Source: Octopus sinensis
Lineage: Eukaryota
Reading direction: 5' to 3'
DNA: 64,000 nucleotides
Assembly (NCBI RefSeq): GCF_006345805.1
Contig: NC_043000.1
Coordinates: 25,544,001-25,608,000 of the forward strand
Part shown: positions 1-11,372 of the stretch, piece after piece
Position numbering within the stretch: position 1 is the stretch's first letter
How the letters are laid out: each line of letters begins with the position of its first letter
Made by a program: the position numbers and the translations under genes
The notes under the pieces: generated by a model
The model's input: the letters and a program-made list of their open reading frames with translations, nothing else
Told to the model about the DNA's origin: nothing
Database searches by the model: none

Positions 1-358
1 CCGGGTTCAGTCCCACTGTGTGGCACCTGGGGCAAGTGTCTTCTACTATAGTCTTGGGCCGACCAAAGCCTTGTGAGTGGATTTGGTAGACGGAAACTGA
101 AAGAAGCCCGTTGTATATACATATATATATATATGTATGTGTATGTGTATATGTTTGTGTGTCTGTGTTTGTTCCCCCAACATCGCTTGACAACCGATGC
201 TGGTGTGTTTACGTCCCCGTAACCTAGTGGTTCGGCAAAAAGAGACCGATAGGATAAGTACTAGGCTTACAAAGAATAAGTCCTGGGGTCGATTTGCTTG
301 ACTAAAAAGGTGGTGCCCCAGCATGGCCACAGTCAAATGACTGAAACAAGTAAAAGAG
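1..358 (+). mobile_element. tRNA-derived SINE, family A (head, TA/GT microsatellite spacer, 3' module ending TGACTGAAACAAGTAAAAG); 5' end cut by window edge
   Basis: B-box-like GGTTCAGTCCC; same sequence recurs about 20 times in the window. Confidence 0.85.
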
Positions 359-361
359 TAT

Positions 362-394
<33 letters not shown>

Positions 395-395
<1 letters not shown>

Positions 396-782
396 CAAGA
401 AAAAAGCAACAAGAATGGATTAGTTGTTCAGTACAATTGTTTCATACGAAGAACAGATTTATTTAAATCCATTCTTGTTGCTTTTTTCTTGTTTATAATC
501 ACCCCACATTATTTTATGGTTAATACCATAAAAATTTCTGGTGCATCTAAGTTAAGTACCGCATTCATTGGAATTCACTTGAATCTTAATTGTTTTACTG
601 AAATTATATATATATATATATATGTATATATCTTGTTTCTTTCTGTGTTCCTTTCTGTGGAAGAGCGTAAGCTCGAAACATAAAAGACCTTTTCAATTCC
701 TGAGCATTATACTAATACACCTGTTTGTTTTCTACATCACCTGTCTTCGTCTTTTGTTTTTCTTGTGAATTCTCCCCCTATA
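395..782 (+). mobile_element. Non-autonomous Penelope-like/retrozyme-like module with short 5' inverted end and hammerhead-like motif
   Basis: 27-bp perfect inverted repeat 395-421/466-492; hammerhead-like core 651-686; 3' part homologous to 39610-39780; (TA)n on both sides. Confidence 0.55.
651..686 (+). ncRNA. Degenerate type I hammerhead-like motif (variant core CUGUGGA)
   Basis: CTTT-CTGTGGA-A-GAGC gtaa GCTC-GAAAC-ATA-AAAG; stems I and II pair, core deviates from CUGANGA. Confidence 0.45.
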
Positions 783-889
783 TATGTATGTATGTAGTCA
801 TAGGCCACTGGTAGTAAACATTTCTAAAATCTTTATTACCCTGATATTATTAATTATGTATGTATGTATGTATATATACATATATACAT

Positions 890-954
<65 letters not shown>

Positions 955-1056
955 GTAGAAGTAACAGAGTGATTAATAAAAATAGTTCTATTTTTCCTGT
1001 TTGCATCACCATATCTATCTATCTATATATCTATCTATCTATCTATCAATCTATCC

Positions 1057-1098
<42 letters not shown>

Positions 1099-1165
1099 AT
1101 ATCTATCTCTATCTCTCTCTCCCTCCCTCTCTCTCTCTCTCTCTCTCTGTATATATATATATATA
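781..1165. repeat. Compound microsatellites (TA)n, (TATG)n, (TCTA)n, (CT)n
   Basis: Direct reading. Confidence 0.95.
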
Positions 1166-1385
1166 CAACTAATGTAGGATAAAATTTTTTTTCTAAAACA
1201 AATTTTATCAATGGCCAGCATATCAAAAAATACCTTTAAAGGTTAAATTTATAAATAACTTATAAAATAAGGACAAAAGAAAAATTCTAATGCCAAATAT
1301 GCCGAAAAAAAGACAAAATTGTCAATAACCATTATAATTAATGCGTCTCGAAACAAGCCGATAGAAATTTCTAAAAAATCCGTTA

Positions 1386-1446
1386 TTACCGTATTGGTCC
1401 CAATTTCAGAGTTAATTCATAAGAATTTTCTCCTCGTCAGCGATAA
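1386..1446 (-). ncRNA. Type I hammerhead ribozyme (mirror copy, core CUGACGA)
   Basis: Reverse complement of 1496-1556; TCGTCAG at 1434-1440. Confidence 0.8.
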
Positions 1447-1495
1447 ATACATAAGACATAAATGAAATACTTACTCATACCCATGTCTTATGTAT

Positions 1496-1556
1496 TTATC
1501 GCTGATGAGGAGAAAATTCTTATGAATTAACTCTGAAATTGGGACCAATACGGTAA
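1496..1556 (+). ncRNA. Type I hammerhead ribozyme, predicted cleavage after A1550 (AUA)
   Basis: TTATCG-CTGATGA-GGAG[..AATTC ttat GAATT..]CTCT-GAA-ATTG ggac CAAT-A-CGGTAA; all three stems and full core present. Confidence 0.82.
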
Positions 1557-1955
1557 TAACGGATTTTTTAGAAATTTCTATCGGCTTGTTTTGAGACGTA
1601 TTAATTATAATGATTATTGACAATTTTGTCTTTTTTTCGGCATATTTGACATTAGAATTTTTCTTTTGCCCTTATTTTATAAGTTATATATATATAAGCA
1701 TATATTGTTGTTAAATGATCAAAATATGAGACTAGAAAAACACCCAGCAACTAATGAAGGGTTGTTCTTTATGTTGTTTGGGTTTTTTTCTTCCATTTGT
1801 GTCTCTCATTGTTCGAAAGAACAATTCATGTTCCATGCACTCGTGCTTCGTATTTTTTTGTTGTACATGTTTCATGACGTCCTGTACCCACACATGCATA
1901 TATATCAGGTCATCCCATGAGTTCTATCTGAAATTTAAATAAAGAAAACAAGTGA

Positions 1956-2210
1956 TCAAATGTTATATTTAATTGAAATTTCATCATCAATGTACTTACC
2001 CTGATTATCTATGACTTCCTTCCATCTATTTACAATCTTTTTAATCCCATCAATGTAAAACTCTTTTGGTTTCAAAGCGAAGAACTCTGAAATGTCAGTT
2101 TCGACCTCCTCCTGGTTTGCGAAAGTTATGTCCTCCAAATGTTTCTGTAAACTACGAAACAAATGGTAGTCTGAAGGAGCAAGGTTGGGAGAATAAGGTG
2201 GATGAGGTAT
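1956..2210 (-). mobile_element. Mariner transposase C-terminal fragment
   Basis: HPPYSPNLAPSDYHLFRSLQ...GIKKIVNRWKEVIDNQGKYI (YSPDL motif of D,D34D mariners). Confidence 0.9.
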
Positions 2211-2217
2211 GTATATA

Positions 2218-2278
<61 letters not shown>

Positions 2279-2474
2279 TATATTATATATATACATGTAT
2301 ATATATATATATTATTTATATTATATATTTACATGTATATATATATATTATTTATATTATATATTTACATGTATATTATATATATATTATTTATATTATA
2401 TATATACATGTATATATATAATATAAATAATATATATATAATATACATGTAAATATATAATATAAATAATATAT
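2211..2474. repeat. (TA)n plus AT-rich roughly 30-bp minisatellite with internal inversion
   Basis: Repeated unit TATATATTTACATGTATATATATATATTATTTATAT and its reverse complement. Confidence 0.85.
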
Positions 2475-2610
2475 GGCGTTAGGAAGGGCATCCAGCCGTA
2501 GAAACACTGCCAGATCTGACTGGGCCTGACGAAGCCTTCCAGCTTCACAGACCCCAGTTGACCCGTCCAACCCATGCTAGCATGGAAAGCGGACGCTAAA
2601 CGATGATGAT
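2475..2610 (+). mobile_element. RTE-LINE-type 3' tail ending in (GAT)n, flanked by a 39-bp direct repeat
   Basis: GGCGTTAGGAAGGGCATCCAG...CCATGCTAGCATGGAAAGCGGACG; identical flanks 2436-2474 and 2611-2649. Confidence 0.8.
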
Positions 2611-2639
2611 ATATAATATACATGTAAATATATAATATA

Positions 2640-2671
<32 letters not shown>

Positions 2672-2714
2672 CAATGTAATCATTTTAGCTTTTGAATGAT
2701 GTCTCCCCATTGGC

Positions 2715-2895
2715 TAAGCAAGCAGGTCAACATTCCCCACCCTGATCAGAAGGGTGGTCAGTCAGAGGGTTACCTGTTTATAGCTGGGTAGTCTGGAACA
2801 GTGTGAAAGAAAGTGTTTTGCTCAGAAACACAATGTACAACTAAGTCCGGGAATTGAACACGCGATCTAGCAATTGTGAGTGCAACATCCTAACA
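2715..2895 (-). mobile_element. Degenerate tRNA-head SINE (family C-like)
   Basis: Minus strand has B-box-like GTTCAATTCC and TGAGCAAAACACTTTCTTTCACACTG, resembling 52385-52685. Confidence 0.5.
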
Positions 2896-3013
2896 CACAC
2901 TCACACACAACCACTTCTTTATTTTAACAACTAACAGTCCAATAGTTTGTTTCGTGTGTTGATTAAACAATCAGTCAGTTGTTTGTTTTCTCGGTCAAGT
3001 GTTAGGATCAATA

Positions 3014-3400
3014 TCATCATCACCACCACTACCACCACAGCATCATCATCACCACCACCACCATCACCAACACCACCACCACTGCCGCTGCCGCCACCAC
3101 CACAATCATCATCATCATCATCACCACCACCACCACCAACACCACCACCACCTATTTCTTTACTACCCACAAGGGGCTAAATACAGAGAGGACAAACAAG
3201 GAAAGACAAACAGATTAAGTCGATTATATCGACCCCAGTGCATAACTGGTACTTATTTAATCGACCCCGAAAGGATGAAAGGCAAAGTCGACCTCGGGGG
3301 AATTTGAACTCAGAACGTAACGGCTGACGAAATGCCGCGAAGCATTTCGCCCGGCACGCTAACGTTTCTGCCAGCTCGCCACGACCACCACTACCACCAG

Positions 3401-3432
<32 letters not shown>

Positions 3433-3524
3433 CCACCACCACCACCACCACCAACACCACCACCACCACTACCACCACCACCATCATCATCATCATCACC
3501 ACCACCAACACCACCACCACCACT

Positions 3525-3555
<31 letters not shown>

Positions 3556-3668
3556 CCACCACCACCACCACCACCACCATCATCATCACCACCACAACCA
3601 CTACCACCATCATCATCATCATCCTCATCATCACCACCACCTCTACCATCAGCATCATCATCGTCATT
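3014..3668. repeat. (CAC/CAT)n trinucleotide arrays interrupted by a SINE
   Basis: Direct reading; source of poly-His/poly-Met/Val ORFs. Confidence 0.95.
3152..3380 (-). mobile_element. SINE family B, tail type 2 (ends ...GTGGGTAGTAAAGAAATAG)
   Basis: GGCGAGCTGGCAGAAACGTTAG head, GAGTTCAAATT box, core CCTTTCATCCTTTCGGGGTCGAT; more than 10 copies in window. Confidence 0.85.
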
Positions 3669-4076
3669 GTAATGTCCACCTTTCCCATGTTTACATGAGT
3701 CAGAATTTGTTGAGCTGAACTTTCAATGGCTGGATGCCCTTTCTGCCGACCTGTTTCCAAGTGAAGGCAACATTTCCTCAAGACCAGACATGCTTCTACA
3801 GAAACCTACTGCTTGCATGACAGTGACACTCATTTACAATCATGCAATGCCATGCCAAGGAGACAATAACACATACGTGTGTATCTGCGTGTGCGTGCAT
3901 GCGTGTGAATGGATTGAGAAAGTGTGAGTGCATGCGTAAATACATGCAACTATTGATATTCAACAGCCTTGCTTATCCCCAGCCTCAGCGTGTTGTAGGG
4001 TGTAGGTGTGGAGTTGCTAGCAAGCGAATTATAGGCCTATATTTACAGGAAGTCCCTCGATCCAGCAACAACAGCA

Positions 4077-4432
4077 GGAGGCGCAATGGCCCAATGGTTA
4101 GGTCTGCGGACTCGCAGTCGGAGGATCGCAGTTTCAATTCCCAGACCGGGCGTTGTGTGTGTTTATTGAGCGAAAACACCTAAAGCTCCACGAGGCTCCA
4201 GCAGGGGGTGGTGGTGACCCCTGTTGTACTCTTTCGCCACAACTTTCTCTCATTCTTTCTTCCTGTTTCTTGTACCCGACTTCCTACGCAACCACTGAGC
4301 CTGGATGTGCATTCATCCATCCGTCCATGCTCTCGGTGTCGGGAGTTGACCTGCTTTCTCTTCTGCAGGTCTTACAAATAGCAAAGGACCACGTTTCGGA
4401 TTTCTCCCACTGGGATGAAGACTGCTTCACTC
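4077..4432 (+). mobile_element. tRNA-derived SINE family D (head shared with 42972-43273, different tail), ending in (CAA/CAG)n
   Basis: A-box TGGCCCAATGG, B-box-like GTTTCAATTCC; first ~190 nt homologous to 43273-43085. Confidence 0.75.
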
Positions 4433-4631
4433 AACAGCAACAGCAACTGCAGCAACAACAGCAAGAATAACAACAACAATAACAACACTGCCTTTGCCAG
4501 ATAAACAATGAGTTGACCAACTGTTACAGTTACTGGTATACCACCACCACCACTACTACCGTCACCACTGCTGCTGCTGTCACCAGCAATAAGGCAATGA
4601 ATATGAAAAATAAGGCAATAAATATGAAGAT

Positions 4632-5030
4632 TGCGAGCTGGCAGAAACGTTAGCATGCTGGGCGAAATGCTAAGAGGTATTTCGTCTGTCTTTACGTTCT
4701 GAGTTCAGATTCCACCAAGATTAACTTTATCTTTCATCCTTTCGGGGTCAATAAATTAGGTACCAGTTGCGTACTGGGGTTAATCTAATCGACTTGTCCT
4801 CCTCTCCAAAAAAGGCAGTGAGCTGGCTGAAATGTTAGCATGCTGGGCGAAATGCTTAGAGGTATTTCGTCTGTCTTTATGTTCTGAGTTCAAATTCTGC
4901 CAGGGCTGACTTTACCTTTCATCCTTTCAGGCTCAATAAATTAAGTACCAGTTGCATACTGGGGTTGATCTAATCGACTGACCCCAATCCACCAAAAGTT
5001 TGGGCCTTGTGCTTAGAGTAGAAAACAATA
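4632..5030 (+). mobile_element. Two tandem SINE family B copies, tail type 1
   Basis: Two heads (about 4635 and 4820), each followed by core; tail GGGCCTTGTGCTTAGAGTAGAAA. Confidence 0.8.
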
Positions 5031-5134
5031 AATATGAAAAAAATATGGAAACTGAGACCAGCAAAAAGCAACCACCACAGAATAAAGCGGCAAGATTCCG
5101 TCTGCATTTGAAGTTGACTCTCTTGTCTGAAATC

Positions 5135-6740
5135 TAACCTTAACCTTACTGACAGCATCCCTGTACATGGCTTGTACTGTTCTCACCAACCACTCATCTA
5201 TCCCTAGCTTCTGCATTGACCACCAGATAAAGGAGCAGGGGACTCTGTCAAAGTCATTCTCTAAGTCGACAAAAGCTAGGTATGGGGGTTTATTTTTGGC
5301 TAGATATTTCTCCTGCAGTTGCCTAACTAGGAATATAGCATCAGTCATGCTCCTGCCTGGCTCAAATCTGCACCTGCATCTCATCTATGCTAATTTTATT
5401 CCTAATTAATTGAGCTAAGACCCTTTCTGTGACTTTCATCACCTGGTCCAACAGTTTGATACCTCTGTAGTTATTTCTGTCAAAGGCACCACCTTTACCT
5501 TTGTAACAGTTGACTATGATGCTGCTACACCAATCATTGGGTATGACTCCCTCATCTACAACCTGATTAACTGCACGGGTGACTAGGCTATATCCTACTT
5601 TGCCTGAAATTTTAAGCATCTCAGCAGAAATACCTGATGGCCCAGGGGATTAATTGCTTTATCTACTAAGCTACTGTCAATTCAGATAGCTGGTCCCTCA
5701 GTTGGGTCCACATTTGGCAGACTCTCCTCCTCCCATTCATTCTCCACATTCAACAGTCTTTCATAATGGCATCTCCAAGCCTCTTTCTTCGCAGAATCAT
5801 TACTTTAAGTGCACTATCATCCATGCAGACATACAATCTGAAACAGTTCAAATCTTTGAACCTCATGTCACTGAGCATAGGCAGACGTCAACCCTGGTTA
5901 GATATACCTGTCCCCTAGCTTCCCTTCTGGTTATCTGATACATATACCTGCTACCCCCACACTTCCAGGCCTTCCAGACCGGTTTCTTTGTTCAAATGGT
6001 CTTGTCTACAGCATCAGTCCACAACCACATCACCATACGTCTGGATGGGACTTTGCAACAACTGCAGATTTGGTCATGGCCCTCAGCAAACTGATACACA
6101 GGAATTCCCAGTTGCCCTCTATGCTACAAGTCTGTAGTTCCTCTTCCCTCTCATCAAATTCCTTAATTAGGATGTCCCTAAATCTCTGACCATATATAGG
6201 GTCCTTAAGCTTCCAAATCCTTCTTTCCCAGATTGGTCTGCTTCTTGGCATCCTTCTGGCCTGAACTCTAAAGTCGCTAATGACCAGTCTATGCTGGGGG
6301 GTACATTCTTCACCAGGGAAGGGCTTTGTGTTTAGGAGTAACCATGTATCTCACTGTCTGGTGAGAATGCAATCGATCTGATTAGTGTTGTCACCTGATT
6401 GGTAGGTCATCAGGTGGCTGGCTGGCTTCCTGAAGTTGGTGTTGCGGATCAATAGGTTATTTGTATCATAGAACTCCAGCAGCCTTGTCCCCTCTTCATT
6501 TCAGAACCAATTCCATGGCCCCCATGTATACCATGGAAGATACCATACTGCTACCTGACATGCCCATTGAAATCCCTAGCCACAAAGAGGAGATTATTGT
6601 CACTCATTCTTGAGGTAGCTTGCAGAAGAATATCATAAAAGCAGTCCTTTTGTTCAATTGGTAGATCCGCTTGGAAGACGTAGGCAGAGATAATTGTCGC
6701 AGTACTATTCTGCAAAATTTACCTGAGCTTAAGTACACTA
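5135..6740 (-). mobile_element. Decayed RTE-clade LINE: APE endonuclease through N-terminal reverse transcriptase
   Basis: TIISAY...FYD...DFNGHV and NQIDCIL (APE); YKGKG...NYRGIKLL and PGRSMTDAIFLVRQLQEK...AFVDLE..FDRV (RT); frameshifts and stops. Confidence 0.92.
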
Positions 6741-6827
6741 TCAAACACTCCGGTTACATTTATCACCTTATCCACCCATTTCTCTGCAAGGGGCCACCCA
6801 TTTCTCTGCAAGCCACCCATTTCTCTA

Positions 6828-7030
6828 TACAAGTGGGTGCTGAAAAGTTCCTGGCTTTGGGTAAAAGAAAATACAGAAGGATCAGTTAATTATGATTTTA
6901 TTCAACATATTCCCCTCTCAGATTCACACACTTATTGCAGTGGTCCTTCAAGCCTGGTAAAAAAAAGCTCAAAAGTTTGGGCTTCCAACCAGGCGTTTCG
7001 CGATACCATTAAAGCCAGGAACTTTTCAGC
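6828..7030. mobile_element. Mariner-type MITE remnant
   Basis: TIR pair GCTGAAAAGTTCCTGGCTTT / AAAGCCAGGAACTTTTCAGC. Confidence 0.7.
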
Positions 7031-7129
7031 GAGTGTGTGTATGAGGGTGGAAGTGATTGTGTGGGTGCTGGCTCTGTTGCTTCCAAATACAGTCACAGTA
7101 GAAGCAGCAATAATAAAAGTGTATGTGCT

Positions 7130-7307
7130 GGTGATGGTGCCACATAAAAGGCACTAGTGATGGTGCCATGTAAAAAGCACTGGAAATGGTGCCACACTAA
7201 AAGCACTGGTGATGGTGCGATATAAAAAGCATGGTGATGGTGCCACATAAAAAGTACAGGTGATGATACCACATGAAAAGCACTGGTGATGGTACTACGT
7301 AAAAAGC
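7130..7307 (+). repeat. 26-bp minisatellite, about 7 units, joined to an RTE tail (7310-7482)
   Basis: Unit GGTGATGGTGCCACATAAAAAGCACT. Confidence 0.85.
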
Positions 7308-7654
7308 ATGCAGTACACTCTGTACAGTGGCTGGTGTTAGGAAAGGAGGGCATCTTGTAGAAATAATGCCAAAACATAACTGGAGCCTGGTATGGTTCCT
7401 GGCCTTGCTAGATCCTGTGAAATTGTTCAACTGTACCAGTATGGAAAACAGATGTTAAATGATGATGATAATGATGATGATTATACTGTAAAAAAAAAGT
7501 GTAAGGATTGGGTCATTTTCAAGTCGAACAGGAGTTGCTGGGGGAGAAGAGGTATAGAAATAGAAGTCAAGAGAAATCAGAGGGTTTGTTTGAGAGGGAG
7601 ATTGGTCAATCATTCTGGCTATGCCACAGAATGTGATGATGGATCATTTTCATC

Positions 7655-8362
7655 CACCACCACCATCATCATCACAACCATCATAACCACTGCCATCGCC
7701 GCTGCCACCACCACCAACACCAACGTCACCACCACTGCTGTTGTTGCCACCACCAACACTGCTGCCACCACCGCCACAACCACCACCATTGCTGCCAATA
7801 CCTACAAGGGGCTAAACACAGAGGGGACAAACAAGGACAGACAAATGGATTAAGTCGATTACATCAACCCCAGTGCGTAACTGGTACTTAATTTATCGAC
7901 CCCGAAAGGATGAAAGGCAAAATTGACCTCGGCAGAATTTGAACCCAGAACGTAACGACAGACGAAATACCTATTTCTTTACTACCCACAAGGGGTAGTA
8001 CTTATTTAATCGACCCCGAAAGGATGAAAGGCAAAGTCGACCTCGGCGGAATTTGAACTCAGAACGTAATGACAGACAAAATACGGCTATGCATTTCGCC
8101 CGGCGTGCTAACGTTTCTGCCAGCTCGACGCCATACATTTCGACAGACGAAATACCGCTAAGCATTTTGCCTGGCACGCTAACGTTTCTGCCAATACCAT
8201 CACCACCACCACAGCCGCCACCATTACCACCACAACCACCACAACTACCACCACTGCCAACAGCACCGCCACTGCCACTACCACCACCGCCACTACCACA
8301 GCTGCCACCACTACTTCCACCATCACCACCACCACCACCACTACCATCATCATCCTCATTGC
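7655..8362. repeat. (CAC/CCA)n low-complexity arrays flanking nested SINEs
   Basis: Direct reading. Confidence 0.9.
7802..8190 (-). mobile_element. SINE B inserted inside an older SINE B
   Basis: Inner duplication GACAGACGAAATAC 7957-7970 / 8142-8155; outer TGCCAATACC 7793-7802 / 8189-8198. Confidence 0.8.
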
Positions 8363-8479
8363 CAGCTTAATCATCAGTTAATTGATGATGGTTACAGGCA
8401 GGGCGCCTGTATCAGACACCCTATTATTCCCAGTCACATCTCACAGGACGTCTTCTATTCGTCTGTCAACCTGACTTAC

Positions 8480-8559
8480 CCATAAGACTGCAACAGATGG
8501 TAACAACAGATTATAACAACATGCTCCCAGCAGACTAGTTTAATATTTTCAAAACTATT
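8480..8559 (-). other. Candidate 80-nt exon (coding status unknown)
   Basis: Acceptor TTGTGTTCTGCCTTCTTTCTAG, donor GG|GTAAGT; one open frame NSFENIKLVCWEHVVIICCYHLLQSY; no homology recognised. Confidence 0.35.
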
Positions 8560-9054
8560 CTAGAAAGAAGGCAGAACACAACAAGTGGCTTTACTAAAGA
8601 TCAGAAAGCCGTTGACATACAACATGAATGATTAATTGTCAGCAGTAAAAGCCGACATTGACCATATAGATTTTTATCAATAGACATCATCAATAACAAA
8701 GCAACAGGCTCTTCATTGATAACAGATGCTTATAAGGAGGGCAATGCATCAATATCAAGGACTCATTAGTCATAACACAGATTTTAAAATAGTCGTTTGA
8801 AAGTAATTATCTATTTTATTTTTATTTTGTATTTTATTGACTGATGACAGAATATAATTAATTACAGGTTTCAGTTGGACAAATAGTAGCTTCACAGTAT
8901 TTCCTTTTTTTATGAAAAGAAACTGACATAGGAATGTCTGCGTGATCTTTTTTTTTTTTATTCCTGCTTCCTTACGTTTTCAATTTTTAGACACTCTGAA
9001 TATGTGTTTTCAGCATCAAAGAGTTTGGTCTTATTCTTTAGGCTTTAAACCTTT

Positions 9055-9301
9055 CATCATAATCATCATCTTCATCATCAGCATCATCACTGTTATCATC
9101 ATCATCATTATCATCATCATCATTGTCATCATCATAATCATTATCGTCATTGTCATCATCGTCATCATCATTATCATCATCGTCGTCGTCGTCGTCATCA
9201 TCATCGTCATCATCATTGTCGTCGTCGTCGTCATCATCGTCATCATCATCATCATCATTGTCGTCATCAACATCATCATCATCATCGTCGTCGTCATCAT
9301 C
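9055..9301. repeat. (CAT/CGT)n trinucleotide array
   Basis: Direct reading; source of poly-Ile/poly-Asp ORFs. Confidence 0.95.
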
Positions 9302-10460
9302 AAGGCCAAACATCCCTTAAAATTTCATCGAAATCCATCCAGCAGTTCTTGGGATATCTTGTCCACGGACAAGCAAACAAACAAACAAACGCAGCTCCAC
9401 CTTTGCTAAGGCGGAGATAATAAAGAACAATATGCTTTATTTAGAACATAAAACAACGGGCTCCTTGCTGCTTGTGTCAGTAATCTCTGTGCAGTTGGGC
9501 CTTCTAGAAATAGCAACTAAATTACCTTTAAATCACATGCTATTATCTTATAAATAATTATCTAAAACTACATCGGATGAGGTAGTCTTAGGCACTTATT
9601 ATCCTCCTCCTCCTCATCATCATCATCTGTTCACATCTCCCTGCTAGCATGGGCCAGACAGAATTTGTTGCAGCAGATTTCTATGGTGAGATGCTCTTCC
9701 TGTCACCAATTCTCACCTGTTCCAAGCAAGGTAATTTTTTTTTTCCCACGGTCGGACGTGTTTTCCACAGAAGAATGGAAACCAACAACCTCACTTGTGT
9801 GACAATGGTGCTTATTTTCAACCATCACGTGATGTCTAGACAAAAATACACGCATGCAGATACACACACACACGGGCACACACATACATAACATGCATAC
9901 ATACATGCATATTTGCATACACCAATCTTCCATTCAAAAGGCTTTGGTCAACCTGAGGCTGTTGTACCACATACTGGAATTGAACCTAAGACCACATGGT
10001 TGGGAAGCAGTCTTCTTAATGACACAGCCTTGTACCACACAGGGCTTAAAAAATAAAAGTTGGGATGGGCATAGATGGAATGCTTTTGATCATAGAACAA
10101 AGATAGATCTGCCTAATTGACTGGGAACAACCATAAAAACCTTAAGAGCAGCAGCAGAAGCAACAGCAATCTCTGTATCCTAGCAACAATATCTCCAGCA
10201 TTCACATTAATTTATTTTGTAGAAAGATAAAAGAAGAAAATCCGCAGGTAGTCATTACCTTGGTGTTATCCTTTGCAAGTGAGAATGCTTTTGTTTCATT
10301 TGTCACATGATGTGTTATCGTTAATTAAGAAATAATTAACAGACAAAATGGCAACATATCACCATGCCGATGTTGATGTATAAAGGATCTTGTAATGAGA
10401 TTTAATAAAGAAATACAGCTTGTTGTTTCCAGGTCATTAAGCTCCATAGAGCTGATGTTT

Positions 10461-10695
10461 AAGTCTTCCCTTACCATATTTCTGTTGAGATGCTCTGTGT
10501 TTCTTTCAATTAATTTTAAATATAACAAAGAATTTAGTAAAATAACTTAGTTATCATTAAGCTAGTGTTAGCAATATAAATTGTGACTAAGGTTTGGTGG
10601 GAGATTTTAATTCAAAATTCAAAACTTATGAAAACAAGACATTTGTATTACAGAGCCAGAAGTAGTTTCAGTCAGGTTGGTATCGAAAGGGTTAA
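10461..10695. mobile_element. piggyBac-like MITE remnant (related reverse copy at about 58735-58880)
   Basis: Ends ...GAAAGGG|TTAA; internal sequence recurs inverted at 58.7-58.9 kb. Confidence 0.5.
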
Positions 10696-10817
10696 ATTAA
10701 TCATTTGTTGACCCTTTTGTTACCATATTTCTGTTGAGATGCCAGGTGCTTATGCAAAATTAGTCAAAGGATTAAATCAACAACACCAAAACAGAAAGAG
10801 CCCTCTCATAGGCTTCC

Positions 10818-11165
10818 ATGTAATAATAATAATGAAATTGTATACAGTGCTCAGGTGCACAACAACATGTCAAAAAGTGCATATAAAGTATATGCAGTAA
10901 TGTACAAATGTCTGGAAAGCGAACAGTGTATGAGTCAGTTACATGCTTGCGTGTTTATGGAGGGGAGAAAATCAGGTGTAGTGTTAGCGAATCTCAGGAA
11001 GCACGGAAGTTTTGAAGGATGCAGTGCTCCGACAACTAACAACTGATGCCGGCAGTTTGTTCCATACTTCAGCAACTCTTAGCGTGAAAAAATGTTTCTG
11101 AAAGTCATGGGAGCTGTGCTGTTTTCTGACTTTGTAAACATGTCCACGGGTTTCCATCCAGTACA
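10818..11165 (-). mobile_element. CR1-type LINE 3' end with (ATT)n tail
   Basis: TRGHVYKVRKQHSSHDFQKHFFTLRVAEVWNKLPASVV; homologous to 14797-15303. Confidence 0.88.
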
Positions 11166-11372
11166 TTTCACTCACATAACTCTGGTTGATTTAAAGCTGT
11201 AATGGAAGAAGTTCATTCTAAATGCCAGGCAGTAGGATTGAACCCCAAACCAAATACCTAGACAAAAGTTTTCATAACCACAGAGGCATACCTTAACCCG
11301 TATTCCATTTCCACTCTAAGAGAGCAATATGCATTGTCTGCTGATATAATTACAGTAAATATATATACATAC

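Larger units (their letters stand above)
1255..1687. repeat. Long inverted repeat, 205-bp arms (1255-1459 / 1483-1687), 23-nt spacer
   Basis: Arms are reverse complements with about 6 substitutions counted by eye. Confidence 0.95.

Noticed and set aside
784-2710. YIYI-type ORFs here and throughout
   Set aside because: (TA)n and (TATG)n microsatellites.
2931-3781. Poly-His, poly-Pro and poly-Met/Val ORFs of 77-140 aa
   Set aside because: Translations of (CAC/CAT)n microsatellites; open in several frames on both strands.
7130-7307. CRISPR-like regular array
   Set aside because: Contiguous tandem units with no unique spacers, no cas genes, eukaryotic context.
8942-9409. 155-aa Ile-rich and Asp-rich ORFs
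   Set aside because: (CAT/CGT)n array, not a gene.
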